This document shows, piece by piece, positions 41,385 to 51,683 of a DNA stretch of 64,000 nt. The notes beneath the pieces were generated by a model, which did no database searches, was not told where the DNA came from, and saw nothing but the letters and a program-made list of their open reading frames with translations. This DNA is from Candidatus Bathyarchaeota archaeon (lineage in GTDB: Archaea > Thermoproteota > Bathyarchaeia > Bathyarchaeales > Bathyarchaeaceae). Where the stretch lies: positions 55,554 through 119,553 of the forward strand of contig CAVOMX010000009.1 in NCBI GenBank assembly GCA_963697165.1, in the 5' to 3' direction. A program made the position numbers and the translations under genes. The first letter of the stretch is position 1. The number at the start of each line of letters is the position of its first letter.

Positions 41385-41930
41385 CTAGAATTGTTTGCGA
41401 ATATGATTGTGAGGCTTACTGTCTCTGCTGGGTAGCCTGCCGGAATGCTGCTGCCTTCTGGACTGCCGTTTTTCTCTTCGTAGAAAGTCGCCTATGTCCA
41501 GAATATTTTTTACAGCAACGTTAGTCGAATCAGGCACTCCACGAAGATTGTGCATTATTTTGCCGAATCCCAAACATTCATTGTACTCATTCAGAACCAG
41601 CGCATAGTCGCCTTTTTTCAAGTTGTTTTCTTTGAGTATGCCCTGTTGGAATATGTCTCTTCCACAGATGAAAAGCCACGCCGTCTTCTTGTCAACAACA
41701 AGCTTGTTTGCTTTGCTCTCAGCAATCATTGCTAACAAAAGAAAACTTGGAAAGAAACTTGCACCCTTTACTGCTCCAAGATAGGCACCAGCATAGAAGA
41801 ACCCCTTTGGAGCTTGCTGTTTCAGTTTTTTAGATAACAGGTAATACCTGTTTCTGTTCCTTACAATGCGGCTCTCATCTAAGGAGATGCTTGCATTAAA
41901 TTGTGCCACAAAATCGTTAATTTCCTTCAT
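41385..41930 (-). CDS. NIP7/UPF0113-like PUA-domain ribosome biogenesis protein
   Basis: Motifs YAGAYLG, AWLFICGRDI, CLGFG, DIGDFLRRE; coupled to the NOL1/NOP2 gene. Confidence 0.82.
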   Translation of the reverse strand: MKEINDFVAQFNASISLDESRIVRNRNRYYLLSKKLKQQAPKGFFYAGAYLGAVKGASFFPSFLLLAMIAESKANKLVVDKKTAWLFICGRDIFQQGILKENNLKKGDYALVLNEYNECLGFGKIMHNLRGVPDSTNVAVKNILDIGDFLRREKRQSRRQQHSGRLPSRDSKPHNHIRKQF

Positions 41931-42820
41931 TATTGTTCCGCCTGCTTTTTGAGTTTGCAGACAAAGAAGCCTTGAGTTTGGTCTGGCCAGATTCTCTTGC
42001 ATTTTTCTATGGAGGGGTCAAGTTCTTTGCCGAAAACCTTTGTTAACCCTTTTTCTCCATGGCACTTGATTTTTTCAACTTTAACATTCAAAGCTCCTAG
42101 CGCCCAGTCTATGTTCAATTCGTTCTCTTCTGGCTCCAACGAACAGGTTGCATAAACGATTTCTCCGCCATCTTTCGTGACTTTGACAGCTTCGGTTAAG
42201 ATTTGCCTCTGCCGCCGAGAATTCTTGTATACATCTTCGATTGTTCTTTTGTTGAACCAGTCCCTGTCGGTTATTGAATTGCCTGAACATGGAACATCAA
42301 GAAGAACACAATCAAATTGTATGTTCAACTTTGAAGCTTCTTTTGCGTCCATATTGTAAACTGCTGTGTTTTTTACGCGGCTGCGTTCCAGCTGGTTTGC
42401 GAGTGCAAACATTTTTCGTTCTTTAAGCTCAAGGGCAACGATTACGCCCCCGTTTTTCATGATGTTAGCTAAATGAACAGTTTTTCCGCCTGGAGATGCA
42501 CAGGTATCAAGAACCGTTTTGTCTTCCAGTTCCGTGAATAATGTGGCTGGGATTTGGGCGGCTGTCTCCTGAATCGAGTATAAGCCCAAAAGGTATTCTG
42601 CTGTTGCGCCAACAGAAAACTTGCTTTTGGATATCCAGTATCCGTCTTCGAGAAAAGGAATCTTTTCCAGCATTATTCCTAAAGATTCTAGCCTAGAAGC
42701 AACAGTGTCCCTGCTGGCGTTCATGGTGTTTATTCTGATTGCTTGCTTAAGCTCGACTTCATTGTAGTTCCACCCGAGATTCTTGTAGCGATTAACGAAA
42801 AATTGTTTGCTAGACATCAA
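41930..42820 (-). CDS. RsmB/NOL1/NOP2 family RNA m5C methyltransferase
   Basis: Motifs LDTCASPGGKT, LLDVPCSG, YATCSLEPEENE, GFFVC. Confidence 0.94.
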   Translation of the reverse strand: MMSSKQFFVNRYKNLGWNYNEVELKQAIRINTMNASRDTVASRLESLGIMLEKIPFLEDGYWISKSKFSVGATAEYLLGLYSIQETAAQIPATLFTELEDKTVLDTCASPGGKTVHLANIMKNGGVIVALELKERKMFALANQLERSRVKNTAVYNMDAKEASKLNIQFDCVLLDVPCSGNSITDRDWFNKRTIEDVYKNSRRQRQILTEAVKVTKDGGEIVYATCSLEPEENELNIDWALGALNVKVEKIKCHGEKGLTKVFGKELDPSIEKCKRIWPDQTQGFFVCKLKKQAEQ

Positions 42821-42887
42821 AGGAATAGAATCTAGTTGTGCTAATAAACACTTGGTGCAGTATTTTTTTCCGTTAGAAATTTTGTTT

Positions 42888-43670
42888 TTATCCAGCCTTG
42901 CTTCGTCTTATCTGTATTCCCTTCTCCAGCGCTATAACGTCAACCAAATGATGTATGCCTGAAGTCTGGATTTTTTTCTCCATCACTTCCTCTATTTGGA
43001 AGACACCCGCTGGATTGTTCATACTCACAAAGATGTGAACAGGTTTCCGTTCTCCCTTCTCGATTTCCACCTTGGTAATAGACAGCGCGGACAACGAATG
43101 AATGTCCACCTTTCCAGTTCTGTAAGGAATTCTGGTCCGTCCATGAGCCATGTCCGTTCCATCAGCTACCTTTGCTGCTCCAGCTTCCACACTTAAACAC
43201 TCAACGTCATCTTCATGAGAAAAAATAGTGTGCAGAATCTCAGACTTTAACCTCACCACCAGACCCACATCGTCTGGGTAAACCTTCCGGAGAAGCCTAT
43301 CCAAAATAGGATTCGCGAGTATACAACTATGCAATGGATGGTCAACACGGTGAATGCTGTTACCCAAGTCGTGAAGATAGGAGCCACATAAGACAACAAC
43401 TTTAGCGTCCTCATGAGAGCAAACGTTGTTTTGGACCGTTGTAGGCGTGACTTCCTGTGTTAAGAGACTGAAAATTTCTAGGGCGCTTCCAGCAGCGATT
43501 TTGGCGTGGACTGGACCGTGGTCATTGTATTTCAACCGTTCAACAGCCATCACATTGGACATGCGAAGAGTATTCTGGATTTCCAAGTCGTTTTCCATTA
43601 ACTGGAACATCTGCTCAAGCTTTGGTTCTTTCAGATGCGATTGTATCAGATTTGCGGAAACTGTCACCAT
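42888..43670 (-). CDS. HD superfamily phosphohydrolase
   Basis: Motifs YNDHGPVH, LHDLGNSIHR, VADGTD, IHSLSALSI. Confidence 0.88.
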   Translation of the reverse strand: MVTVSANLIQSHLKEPKLEQMFQLMENDLEIQNTLRMSNVMAVERLKYNDHGPVHAKIAAGSALEIFSLLTQEVTPTTVQNNVCSHEDAKVVVLCGSYLHDLGNSIHRVDHPLHSCILANPILDRLLRKVYPDDVGLVVRLKSEILHTIFSHEDDVECLSVEAGAAKVADGTDMAHGRTRIPYRTGKVDIHSLSALSITKVEIEKGERKPVHIFVSMNNPAGVFQIEEVMEKKIQTSGIHHLVDVIALEKGIQIRRSKAG

Positions 43671-43761
43671 TCCACGTTCACCAAAGTTAAACTATATGTG
43701 ATTAGTGCATAATAATCTTAGCAGCACAAGCCTCCAAAAGGCAAAACTGTGTTTTTCTGTT

Positions 43762-44400
43762 TTATGTTGTCGACGAAAAGATTGCCCTTTTCTCAATGTA
43801 TGTTGCGGGGTCAACTTCCCTTATGGCTATGCCGTCCACGTCTATTATGTAGATTGTGTGGATGCGAGCGTTCCTGATTTCTTCGAGACTAACTGGCGGA
43901 TTCTTGTAGTAATGGTCACATAATGTTTTGAGATACTTCATGTCCTCTTTTGTTCGGTCTCTAGGAGGCTTCACCAGCATATCAGGAATCTGTAGCAGAT
44001 AGTATGGCGGGACACCTAAAGCAAACTTTTCTGAATGGTTACCATAACGGATTATTTTGCTTGCTATCCTTGATTTGCGGTAGTTAGCGGGGTCAAGGGC
44101 GTGACTTGGAGGAATAAAACCAGTCTCTATCTCGACAATGTGGGAGCCTAAGCCCTTCACTCCGTACAGATCACATATCAATCCATCTAAAGGCCGCTCA
44201 ATATCCACTTCGTAACCCTTAAGAACCAAATGTTTAGCGCACACCATCTCCATAACCGAATGGTTGATCTTGACAACATTCTCTTCATGCAAGTGAATCA
44301 GCTTATCTGTTAGAACATCCAGTTTTTTCTGGACTTCTTTGTCTGTATTCTTTTTTAGATTTGCAGACAGAATCTCTAGGTCTCTGTCGAACTTGTTCAT
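43762..44400 (-). CDS. conserved archaeal protein with a PD-(D/E)xK-like fold
   Basis: NHSVMEMV...E...DLYG...VEIETGF. Confidence 0.7.
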   Translation of the reverse strand: MNKFDRDLEILSANLKKNTDKEVQKKLDVLTDKLIHLHEENVVKINHSVMEMVCAKHLVLKGYEVDIERPLDGLICDLYGVKGLGSHIVEIETGFIPPSHALDPANYRKSRIASKIIRYGNHSEKFALGVPPYYLLQIPDMLVKPPRDRTKEDMKYLKTLCDHYYKNPPVSLEEIRNARIHTIYIIDVDGIAIREVDPATYIEKRAIFSSTT

Positions 44401-44712
44401 GTTCTCATCCTTTCAAAAACTTTGCAACAATCAGGTTTCTGCTAATAGGTGGTATAAATTCTCTGTCAAAAGCTTTTGCACAAATACCCCCTAAAACTCT
44501 AAACTTGCCTCCGTTTGCCTCAGTCTAGAGGCATGCCATTTCAGGTGTGAAGTTGAATTTAATTTACTGCTTCACAAAAAATGAGTGAGACAAAACAGTG
44601 GGGCTGAATCAGAAAATCACAAAGGAAAGAAAGGGTTGAAGCTCCTGCTGTTATGCCGTTTATGTCATGGTGGGAATGAAAGAAAACATCCCACGGGATT
44701 GTCCTGCAGTTT

Positions 44713-44991
44713 TTAGTCTTTGATAGCTTCGAGTAAGCTCATGACGTTCCAGAGCTTCACTCTGGTGTAAGGTGGCATATTAGGGTCCTGCAAGATTTCG
44801 TCAAGAGTTGATATAGCGTTTGCCGCCCTGACTGCTGGAGTGTTGTCTGCAAGTTGAAGGGATGTGATGGATTGTTTCGCAGCTCTTCTTATGTTCCGTG
44901 GAGTTGTGGTGTCTTCGGAAACCATACCAAGCATATTCATGGCTTCTTCAATTCTTTCCTCGTATTCCTGTAGTTGCTTTTTTCGAACCAT
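44713..44991 (-). CDS. UPF0147 family protein
   Basis: Motifs DTTTPRNIRRAA, DPNMPPYTRVKLW. Confidence 0.92.
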   Translation of the reverse strand: MVRKKQLQEYEERIEEAMNMLGMVSEDTTTPRNIRRAAKQSITSLQLADNTPAVRAANAISTLDEILQDPNMPPYTRVKLWNVMSLLEAIKD

Positions 44992-45149
44992 ATAGAAGCC
45001 TCCTATTACACAGCTAATTACACAATATAGTGTTTTAAACACTTTCTTGCATTATACGAAATTAGCTGTTCTTTAGACTCTTTCCTTTAAATATCATACG
45101 TAAACTTAAAGTTTCTGCTATTTCAAATTCGGTTATTTCACTTCCAAAT

Positions 45150-45237
45150 CTTTGTTGGAAAATAAAGTTTCTGTTAATAGTATACCCGAATGAGGTTTCT
45201 TTGACAAGTATACATTGACTTAGTTAACTGCAGAAAT
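45150..45237 (-). repeat. island repeat site (Z-Y modules), inverted, at the core/island boundary
   Basis: Reverse complement reads gcagttaactaagtcaatgtatacttgtcaaagaaacctcattcgggtatactattaacagaaactttattttccaac. Confidence 0.9.
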
Positions 45238-45358
45238 ACTACATTTAGAGAGAGTATAAAACCCATCTCATTCATTTTTCTCTATGCGTTGGGAGAACCT
45301 AAGATCACTCAAAAAAAAGAAGATTATGGAGTTTTGTTTTTATTCTTGTCATTTTGAA

Positions 45359-45955
45359 TCATGGAGTTGGCCAACCAATTACAGTGCCTATCCTAAACGG
45401 ACCAGTAGGCGGACCTGTTCCAGCCTCTCCAGAAAGCTTTACTTTATATCCATCGATTTCGCCATGACCAACAAAAATGCCTTTAGTGTAGAACTCTGCA
45501 GGGTTGAAAGCATTGTATAGGACTTCAACTGCTAATGTTTCAATATAGCCTCTTCCTTCAATCTCCCACAATTCACGGACTTTGATTGTTACATCACCAC
45601 TATGGTAGAACATATTCATGTCATACGAACAAGAATATGTTATTTCGTCATCATCGAACGTTTCTTCAAAAGGACCCCCTTCATCTACAACAATAAGGAA
45701 ACCTGTTGAATCGATGCCCCATCCCATGTCTCGCATATGTAAAGAATTAGGGTCTCCGCCTAATTCTGGCGGTAGTTCTTTGGTTGGGCTAAACCATACT
45801 CTTCCCACGTCAACTTCGCCTACAGAAGCTCCGACTATTAATCTGATATTCAAACTTTCCTGTCCTTTTCCAGCACTTACTGTTCCAACCATTGGAGTTA
45901 ATACCATTGCTAAAGCTAATATCATTACTACTGTTGATAGAATTTTCTTTTTCAT
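45359..45955 (-). CDS. secreted beta-rich hypothetical protein
   Basis: Signal peptide MKKKILSTVVMILALAMVLTPMVGTVSA, GGAGGTGA SD; lies downstream of leader copy B. Confidence 0.8.
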   Translation of the reverse strand: MKKKILSTVVMILALAMVLTPMVGTVSAGKGQESLNIRLIVGASVGEVDVGRVWFSPTKELPPELGGDPNSLHMRDMGWGIDSTGFLIVVDEGGPFEETFDDDEITYSCSYDMNMFYHSGDVTIKVRELWEIEGRGYIETLAVEVLYNAFNPAEFYTKGIFVGHGEIDGYKVKLSGEAGTGPPTGPFRIGTVIGWPTP

Positions 45956-46498
45956 TTTTTCACCTCCCCTATGTTCTTTTATTAAATCTGATTAGGGAGT
46001 GTCTCCGTTTGCTTCTAGTCCCTGAAGCAGAGAACTGAGTTTTGTTTCGTTTGAGTTGAAAGTTTGTGTGCAACAAGTTGGTGACAGACTTCAGAATATT
46101 GTGTGTACGGAATTAATACTAACAATGACTAACCCAGAATTTGTTTATGTTTTATCAGGTATTTATCGTAATACATATTTGTGGTTAAGGTTTACAAATG
46201 TTATAGAAGAAAGTTCTATCGATAATAATGAACCAATATTTAGAAAGGAAGCAGTATCCCAATCATAACAAAACTAAGCCATCAGGGGGAGATAGAGCTA
46301 GTTTCAGATTGGGATACTACTCTTCATCACAGAGGAAAATATTAAAATTTAAACTTTGCTAACAAACAATCCATATCAGTCTTACTTAATGAAAAGTTTA
46401 CATTCAAAAACGCTTGAGCTAAGGGCATGTTTTGAATGTTCCCCTGATGGCTCAGCAATTATAATACGCTGGAATATACATTAAAGCTTTGTGATTAT
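45956..46498 (-). repeat. conserved ~540-bp non-coding leader, copy B
   Basis: Inverted homologue of 8755-9319. Confidence 0.95.
46263..46330 (-). ncRNA. box C/D-like RNA inside leader copy B
   Basis: Minus strand: GTGATGA-agagtagtatcccaat-CTGA ... CTGATGG-cttagttttgtt-ATGA. Confidence 0.45.
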
Positions 46499-46698
46499 AT
46501 TTTCAATTTGATTGAAAATGAAATTATTGAATACAGTGACATTTAATTTACATATTTTATAGTAGTCTTTGAGTGTAATTTTATGTGAATTATTACTGAA
46601 TTGAGATTATACTTGACTAGTATCCAACTTGGTACATAGATTAATCTAATGTTAATGTTTTCTGAAAAAAATGAAGAGATTATGAAAAAGATTTGGTT

Positions 46699-46902
46699 TT
46701 ATCTTTCTACAGTAAAAGCGATTTTAACATTAACATTGTACTCTACAATTTTGGCATTTGTTACTTTGGCGGTGCATCGTTTAACGTGGACTCCCTTGAT
46801 GTTCTTAATTGTCTTCGCTGCTTCTGTCACTGCATTCTGAGCTGCTTCACTCCAACTATTAGGTGAAGACCCTATCAGTTCAATTATTTTAACTACCGTC
46901 AT
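46699..46902 (-). CDS. dodecin family flavin-binding protein
   Basis: VVKIIELIGSSPNSWSEAAQNAVTEAAKTIKNI...EYNVNVKIAF. Confidence 0.93.
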   Translation of the reverse strand: MTVVKIIELIGSSPNSWSEAAQNAVTEAAKTIKNIKGVHVKRCTAKVTNAKIVEYNVNVKIAFTVER

Positions 46903-46967
46903 AAAAGTCACCTCTATATTCTACAAGTTTCTTGCTCATTCTATTTAGCATCTGCCTAGACAAAGAT

Positions 46968-47136
46968 AGCTTTTCACGAAGAGGTTTACCTTTGCTAAAC
47001 ATTAGTCGTAACCTAGGCACAGAGACAATTTGTTTTTCCCATCTTATTTAGAAGGTATTAATGATTCATAAGTTGTCAGTCAGTGGCTGACACTCTTAAT
47101 GTTAAATACTTCTTTGTTACAAGAGAGCATTCTAGG
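46968..47136 (+). promoter_or_regulatory. conserved upstream region of beta-propeller gene copy 2 (X module and TGTCAG-N7-CTGACA palindrome)
   Basis: Homologue of 3721-3888. The palindrome at 47074-47092 is followed by GTTAAATA. Confidence 0.7.
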
Positions 47137-47206
47137 GGGACAGAGTTAGCATTTTTTAGCTTTAATCTTTCCCCCAAAAACAATAAAAAATCAAAGGATG
47201 AAAAAT

Positions 47207-49695
47207 ATGCAAATTTCAATAAACAAAACAAAATTAACATCAACAATCATTTTGGCAATTTTAATAACATCTGCCTTTTCGTTAATAGCAAATATTCCAG
47301 TGCAGGCTCAAATTGGTATTCCACAGCCAACAGAAAGTGCAGGTTACATCAGCATCGCACCAACACTAATCGGAGTTGGCCAAACAGCAACTGTAAACCT
47401 GTGGATTTTTCCTTTACCTGAAAACTATTTTTATGAGCCATTATTTGGTGGCTACACCGGAATAACGGTGACGTTCACAAAACCTGACGGAACAAAAGAC
47501 ACGTTCATGCCAGTAGACGGCACAGGTCAATTTGGTCCAGGACAAACAAGTCACTTGGCACTTTATTCTTCTATTATGCGCCTGATATGGCGGGTGATTG
47601 GAGTGTATCATGTCACGATGCCTGCACAGACCATAACCGACGCAACTGGAACCGTACTTTATCAAGCATGCACTAGTGAACCTGCCTACTTTACTGTTCA
47701 ACTGAAGAAAATTGGCTGGTTTGCTTAATGGTTATCCGTGGGCACCACTGCCGGACCCAAACGCTTTCTGGGACTACCCAATAAACGGCAACAACAGAGA
47801 ATGGAGCCAAATCTCAGGCGACTGGCTTCAGCCATGGTATAGTGCTTTCACAGCGGTTTTCGGTACCACTTTTAATACATGGCAGCCTTATGGTCCAGGA
47901 CCTAACACTCCGCACATAGTTTGGAGCAACCGGTGGCCCCGGGAGGCCTTGTAGGCGGAGATTATGGTAGCGTAAGTTACGCTCAGCTCGTACTTGGCGT
48001 TGATGTAGGCACTGTAGTCATGGAGGGCAAAGTATTCATTAATGTTCCCAATTCCGGCGACAGTTTAAATGCATAGATGTGGTCACTGGAGAAGTGTTGT
48101 ATACCGGCGCCTGGAACAATTACCAATGGTATCCACTTACCTGGAAACGTATATGTCCAAGCGTTTGTGACCCGACAGTAGTTACTCGCCAGTTCTTAGG
48201 GATCAACATCCAATGCGTACCTGTTTGGGACCTCCGGGACCACATGGAATTACTATCATCCCTCACAGGGGCTCTAGTTAGGTCAATCTCTAACGCGACC
48301 CACATGGTGTTGGGTTCTTTAACGGTGCTCGACTTGTTGACGGTACCAATTTTGCCTATGGAACACAATGGATGGGCAGTTGTATCGTTGGGATCTGACG
48401 AGAGTTGTCAATAACAATTGGCCGACAGGAATCACATGGAAAGTCCAATCCTACACTATTAGGAGGTAATGAGCCCAGCTATCTTTGGTGGTACTCCATT
48501 CTCTTCGCAGTATCCTCGGATGTGTCTACTCTTGTGTAAGGACCATTAACCAGTTCTGGGGTTTCAGTGCAAATGACGGTACCTTGCTATGGAACCTTAC
48601 TGTGACGTATCCGATCACTGCTAACGAGGTATTCTCTTTATAGGGCGTAGAGGACTTTATTGTCTTTAATCCAGTTGATGCAACATGGCACTGCTACTCC
48701 ATGCTTACTGGCGATTATTTATGGGAAAGCCCCAGCTTTGCCGACTCTCCGTGGGCTACAACATGGAGCGTTTATAGCATTGGACCAATGACTACGAAAA
48801 CTTGTATCTTACAGTTCCCTGACGGCACAATGACCGCTTATAGTTAGAAACGGGACAAGAACTATGGCGTTGTGAGCCTATATCTCTCGACTGAGTACAC
48901 CCACTAATGTAGTGCCCTACAGTTCTGGCATGGCGATGATGGGTGGTAAAATCTATCGGATATGCAGGCTATTCCAAGGATATCAAATCAACCCGTTCCA
49001 AGACTCGCAATGATGGTATGTGTTGACGCTTCTACCGGAGAATTCATCTGGACTTTAAATGGTGGAGTACGCCCCAGTGGCTACTTCAAGTGGTTACGTC
49101 ATAGGTTTAGGTGCGTACGATGAAAAACTGTATTGCATAGGCAAAGGTCCAACCGAAACAACTGTAATGGCATCACCAAAGGTCTCTGCACATGGATCAA
49201 GTGTATTGATTGAAGGTTCAGTTCGTGATATGTCTCCTGCCACCCAAGAATACGCGTCTCAAGTACGGTTCCCGAATGGAGTTCCTGCTGTTGCCGATGA
49301 GGACATGAACGAGTTCATGGACTACTTGTATATGCAAAACGCAACGTTGTTGAACAATCCGCCAACTCCTGATGGTGTTCCAGTGAAACTATTTGTGGTC
49401 AAACCAGATGGCACTGAAGAATGGATGACTACTGTTACTTCGGATTCGTATGGCAACTATAAGTACGATTATGTTCCGTCAGCAGAGGGAGTTTACAGTG
49501 TAATAGCCAAGTTTGAGGGGTCTGAAACATATTGGCCTTCAAGCACAGAAACTTCCTTTATTGCAACACCAGCTGCAGCACCAGGTGGCGTAATCGAACC
49601 CGAACAACCACTAATCAGCACAGACATGGCAATAATAATTGCAGTTATCGCAGTTGCAATCATAGCAGCAGTCGCATACGTGTTTCTCAGAAGAA
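47207..49695 (+). CDS. PQQ-like beta-propeller surface protein (copy 2; multiple frameshifts; stop codon cut off at the junction)
   Basis: Same signal peptide as copy 1, then NNREWSQISGDWL, LYCIGKGP, VPAVADEDMNEFMDYLYMQ, GSETYWPS and the TM anchor IIAAVAYVFLRRK. Confidence 0.88.
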
Positions 49696-49737
49696 AGCAA
49701 TCAGTGTTGTGTCCTCTGCTTGGCTCAGCGTATTGCT
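49696..49737 (+). other. Oxford Nanopore ligation adapter remnant at a chimeric junction
   Basis: AGCAAT (read-end adapter start) is followed by TCCTCTGCTTGGCTCAG---CGTATTGCT, compared with the adapter TCCTGTACTTCGTTCAGTTACGTATTGCT. Base composition and taxon change abruptly at this point. Confidence 0.85.
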
Positions 49738-50559
49738 TGGCGGTGCCGTTCACCCCGGTGGGGGGTCAGCGCCTGCTCGTGCACCCCTCGCGCACCGGCG
49801 ACGCACGCGAGGCGGTGCTCGGCGCGCTCGCCAGGGGCCTGCAGGAGGCGTCGCGGGGCTGCTTCGGGATGCACGTGCTGTTCGACACCGCCGAAGAGGT
49901 CGACTGGCTCGATGCCCACGGCCTGTTCCCCCGCCTGCAGTACCAGTTCCACTGGAACAACGACGGCTACGACACGTTCGAGGACTGGCTGAAGTCGTTC
50001 TCGAGCGACAAGCGCAACAAGATCCGTCGGGGAGCGCAAGGAGCTCCGGGGGCTGACCCTCGAGGCGATCGTCGATCCCAATCCGGCCATCCTCGACGCG
50101 CTCCACGACTTCCACACCCTGACCGCCTCGCAGTTCGGCCCCTGGGGCCACGTCTACCTGTCGAAGGCCAGCCTTCCGCCAGCTGGGCGAGACGTGGGGC
50201 CACCGCCTGCACGCCGTGGTGGCCCGGGACGGATCGCGGATCGTGGGGGGCGCGTTCAACGTGCTCAAGGGGGATCGCCTGTACGGCCGCTACTGGGGCT
50301 GCAGCGACGACATCCGGTTCCTGCACTTCGAGGTCTGCTACTACAAGGCCATCGAGGACTGCATCGAGCGCAGGATCGCGGTGTTCGAGCCCGGCCACGG
50401 CGGCGGCCAGAAGTACCGCCGGGGCTTCGTGCCCACCATCACCCACTCGAACCACCGCCTCGCCGACGACCGGCTCAACGATGCGCTGCGGCGGTATACC
50501 GAGGAGGAGGCCGCCGAGGTGAGGATCAGGCCGGCGTGCTCACCCAGCGGATGTCGTGA
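49738..50559 (+). CDS. FemAB-like GNAT (DUF482) protein, 5'-truncated and frameshifted (bacterial)
   Basis: Motifs AVPFTPV, HVLF, QFHWNNDGYDTFEDWL, LYGRYWG, LHFEVCYY, FEPG. Confidence 0.9.
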
Positions 50560-50879
50560 TGGCCCCGCCGGAAGCGCGCACGGTGCCGCCGCGGGAGTGG
50601 ATGCTCGGCGTAGTGCTGCTGCTCATCGCGTGCTACTCCACGTTCGCGGTCCTCGACTCGGTCCTCGGCTACCCGGCCGGGGTCGGCATGGTGCGCACGA
50701 TCGGCTACCGGCTGCTGCTCGTGGCGGCGGGCTGCTGCGTGCGGCCAATCGGGCTGGGGGCGGCGGTGGTGGCCGCGGCGCTGCTGTGGTTGGGGCTCGA
50801 CGTGCTCGCCTGGCTCGACGTGTTCGACGTGTACACGGCGCTGCAGGGCGGCACCGGCTTCGTGTACTTCGAGTTCTGA
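50559..50879 (+). CDS. hypothetical membrane protein
   Basis: About 106-aa hydrophobic ORF with GC3-biased codons, overlapping the upstream stop. Confidence 0.7.
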   Translation: MAPPEARTVPPREWMLGVVLLLIACYSTFAVLDSVLGYPAGVGMVRTIGYRLLLVAAGCCVRPIGLGAAVVAAALLWLGLDVLAWLDVFDVYTALQGGTGFVYFEF

Positions 50880-50884
50880 CCGCC

Positions 50885-51679
50885 ATGCACGTCGAGCCGT
50901 TCACTGCCGACGATCTGGAGGCGCTGCACCCGCTGCTGAACGTGTCCGCCGGGACAATCGTCTCGCTGGATGACGAGCGCGCTCGTATGGCGGCGCTACA
51001 GCCGGACCACTGGCTGCTCGCGCGCGACGACGGGCGCCCGCGGGGGTTCGTCCGGGAGCTGCCCCGGCCCGAGGGGGGATACCGCGGCGAGGCGCACGCC
51101 GTCGACGGCCCCGAGCGGCTGGACGTGCTGCGGCGGCTGGTCGCGGCGTTCCTGGCCCGGCGCCCGCCCGGGCCGCTGCGGTTCGTCGTCGCGCTGGAGG
51201 AATCCGTTCGCGCGGGTCTCGAGGATCTGGCGTTCCGGGCCGAGCGGTTCCTCTACTCGCATACGATCTCCGCCTCGCGGCGTTTCCGGACACGATCGGC
51301 GTCCGCAGTGCGGCGGACAGCGACACCGACGCCGTCCAGCGCGTGCTGCGCCCCGACGGCGAGCCCATCGCCGGGCTGCAGGACGCCGTCGCGCAGCACG
51401 TCGTGCTGGTGACCGTCGGCGCCGTCCGCGGCGCCGTCCGCCTCGTGCAGCGCGGCGAACACGCCGAGGTGATCGACCTGGCCGTGGATCCCGAGTCCCG
51501 CCGATCAGGGGATCGGCCAGCGGCTGATCCGCGCGGCCTGCCGGCCAGGCGAAGCGCGAGGGCGTGACCTACGTGACGGCGCTGGTGTCGGTGTCAACCG
51601 CAAAGCCCGGGGGCGCTACGAGCGGTTCGGCTTCCTCCACCGGCCCGAGCGCGATCAGCTGTGGCTCGACCTCCGCTGA
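50885..51679 (+). CDS. GNAT family acetyltransferase (frameshifted)
   Basis: MHVEPFTADDLEAL...; EVIDLAVDPESR.SG; YERFGF. Confidence 0.7.
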
Positions 51680-51683
51680 TACC

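Noticed and set aside
49059..50522. 487-aa ORF that appears to fuse an archaeal surface protein to a bacterial GNAT
   Set aside because: It reads through the adapter remnant at 49696-49737 and is an artefact of the chimera.
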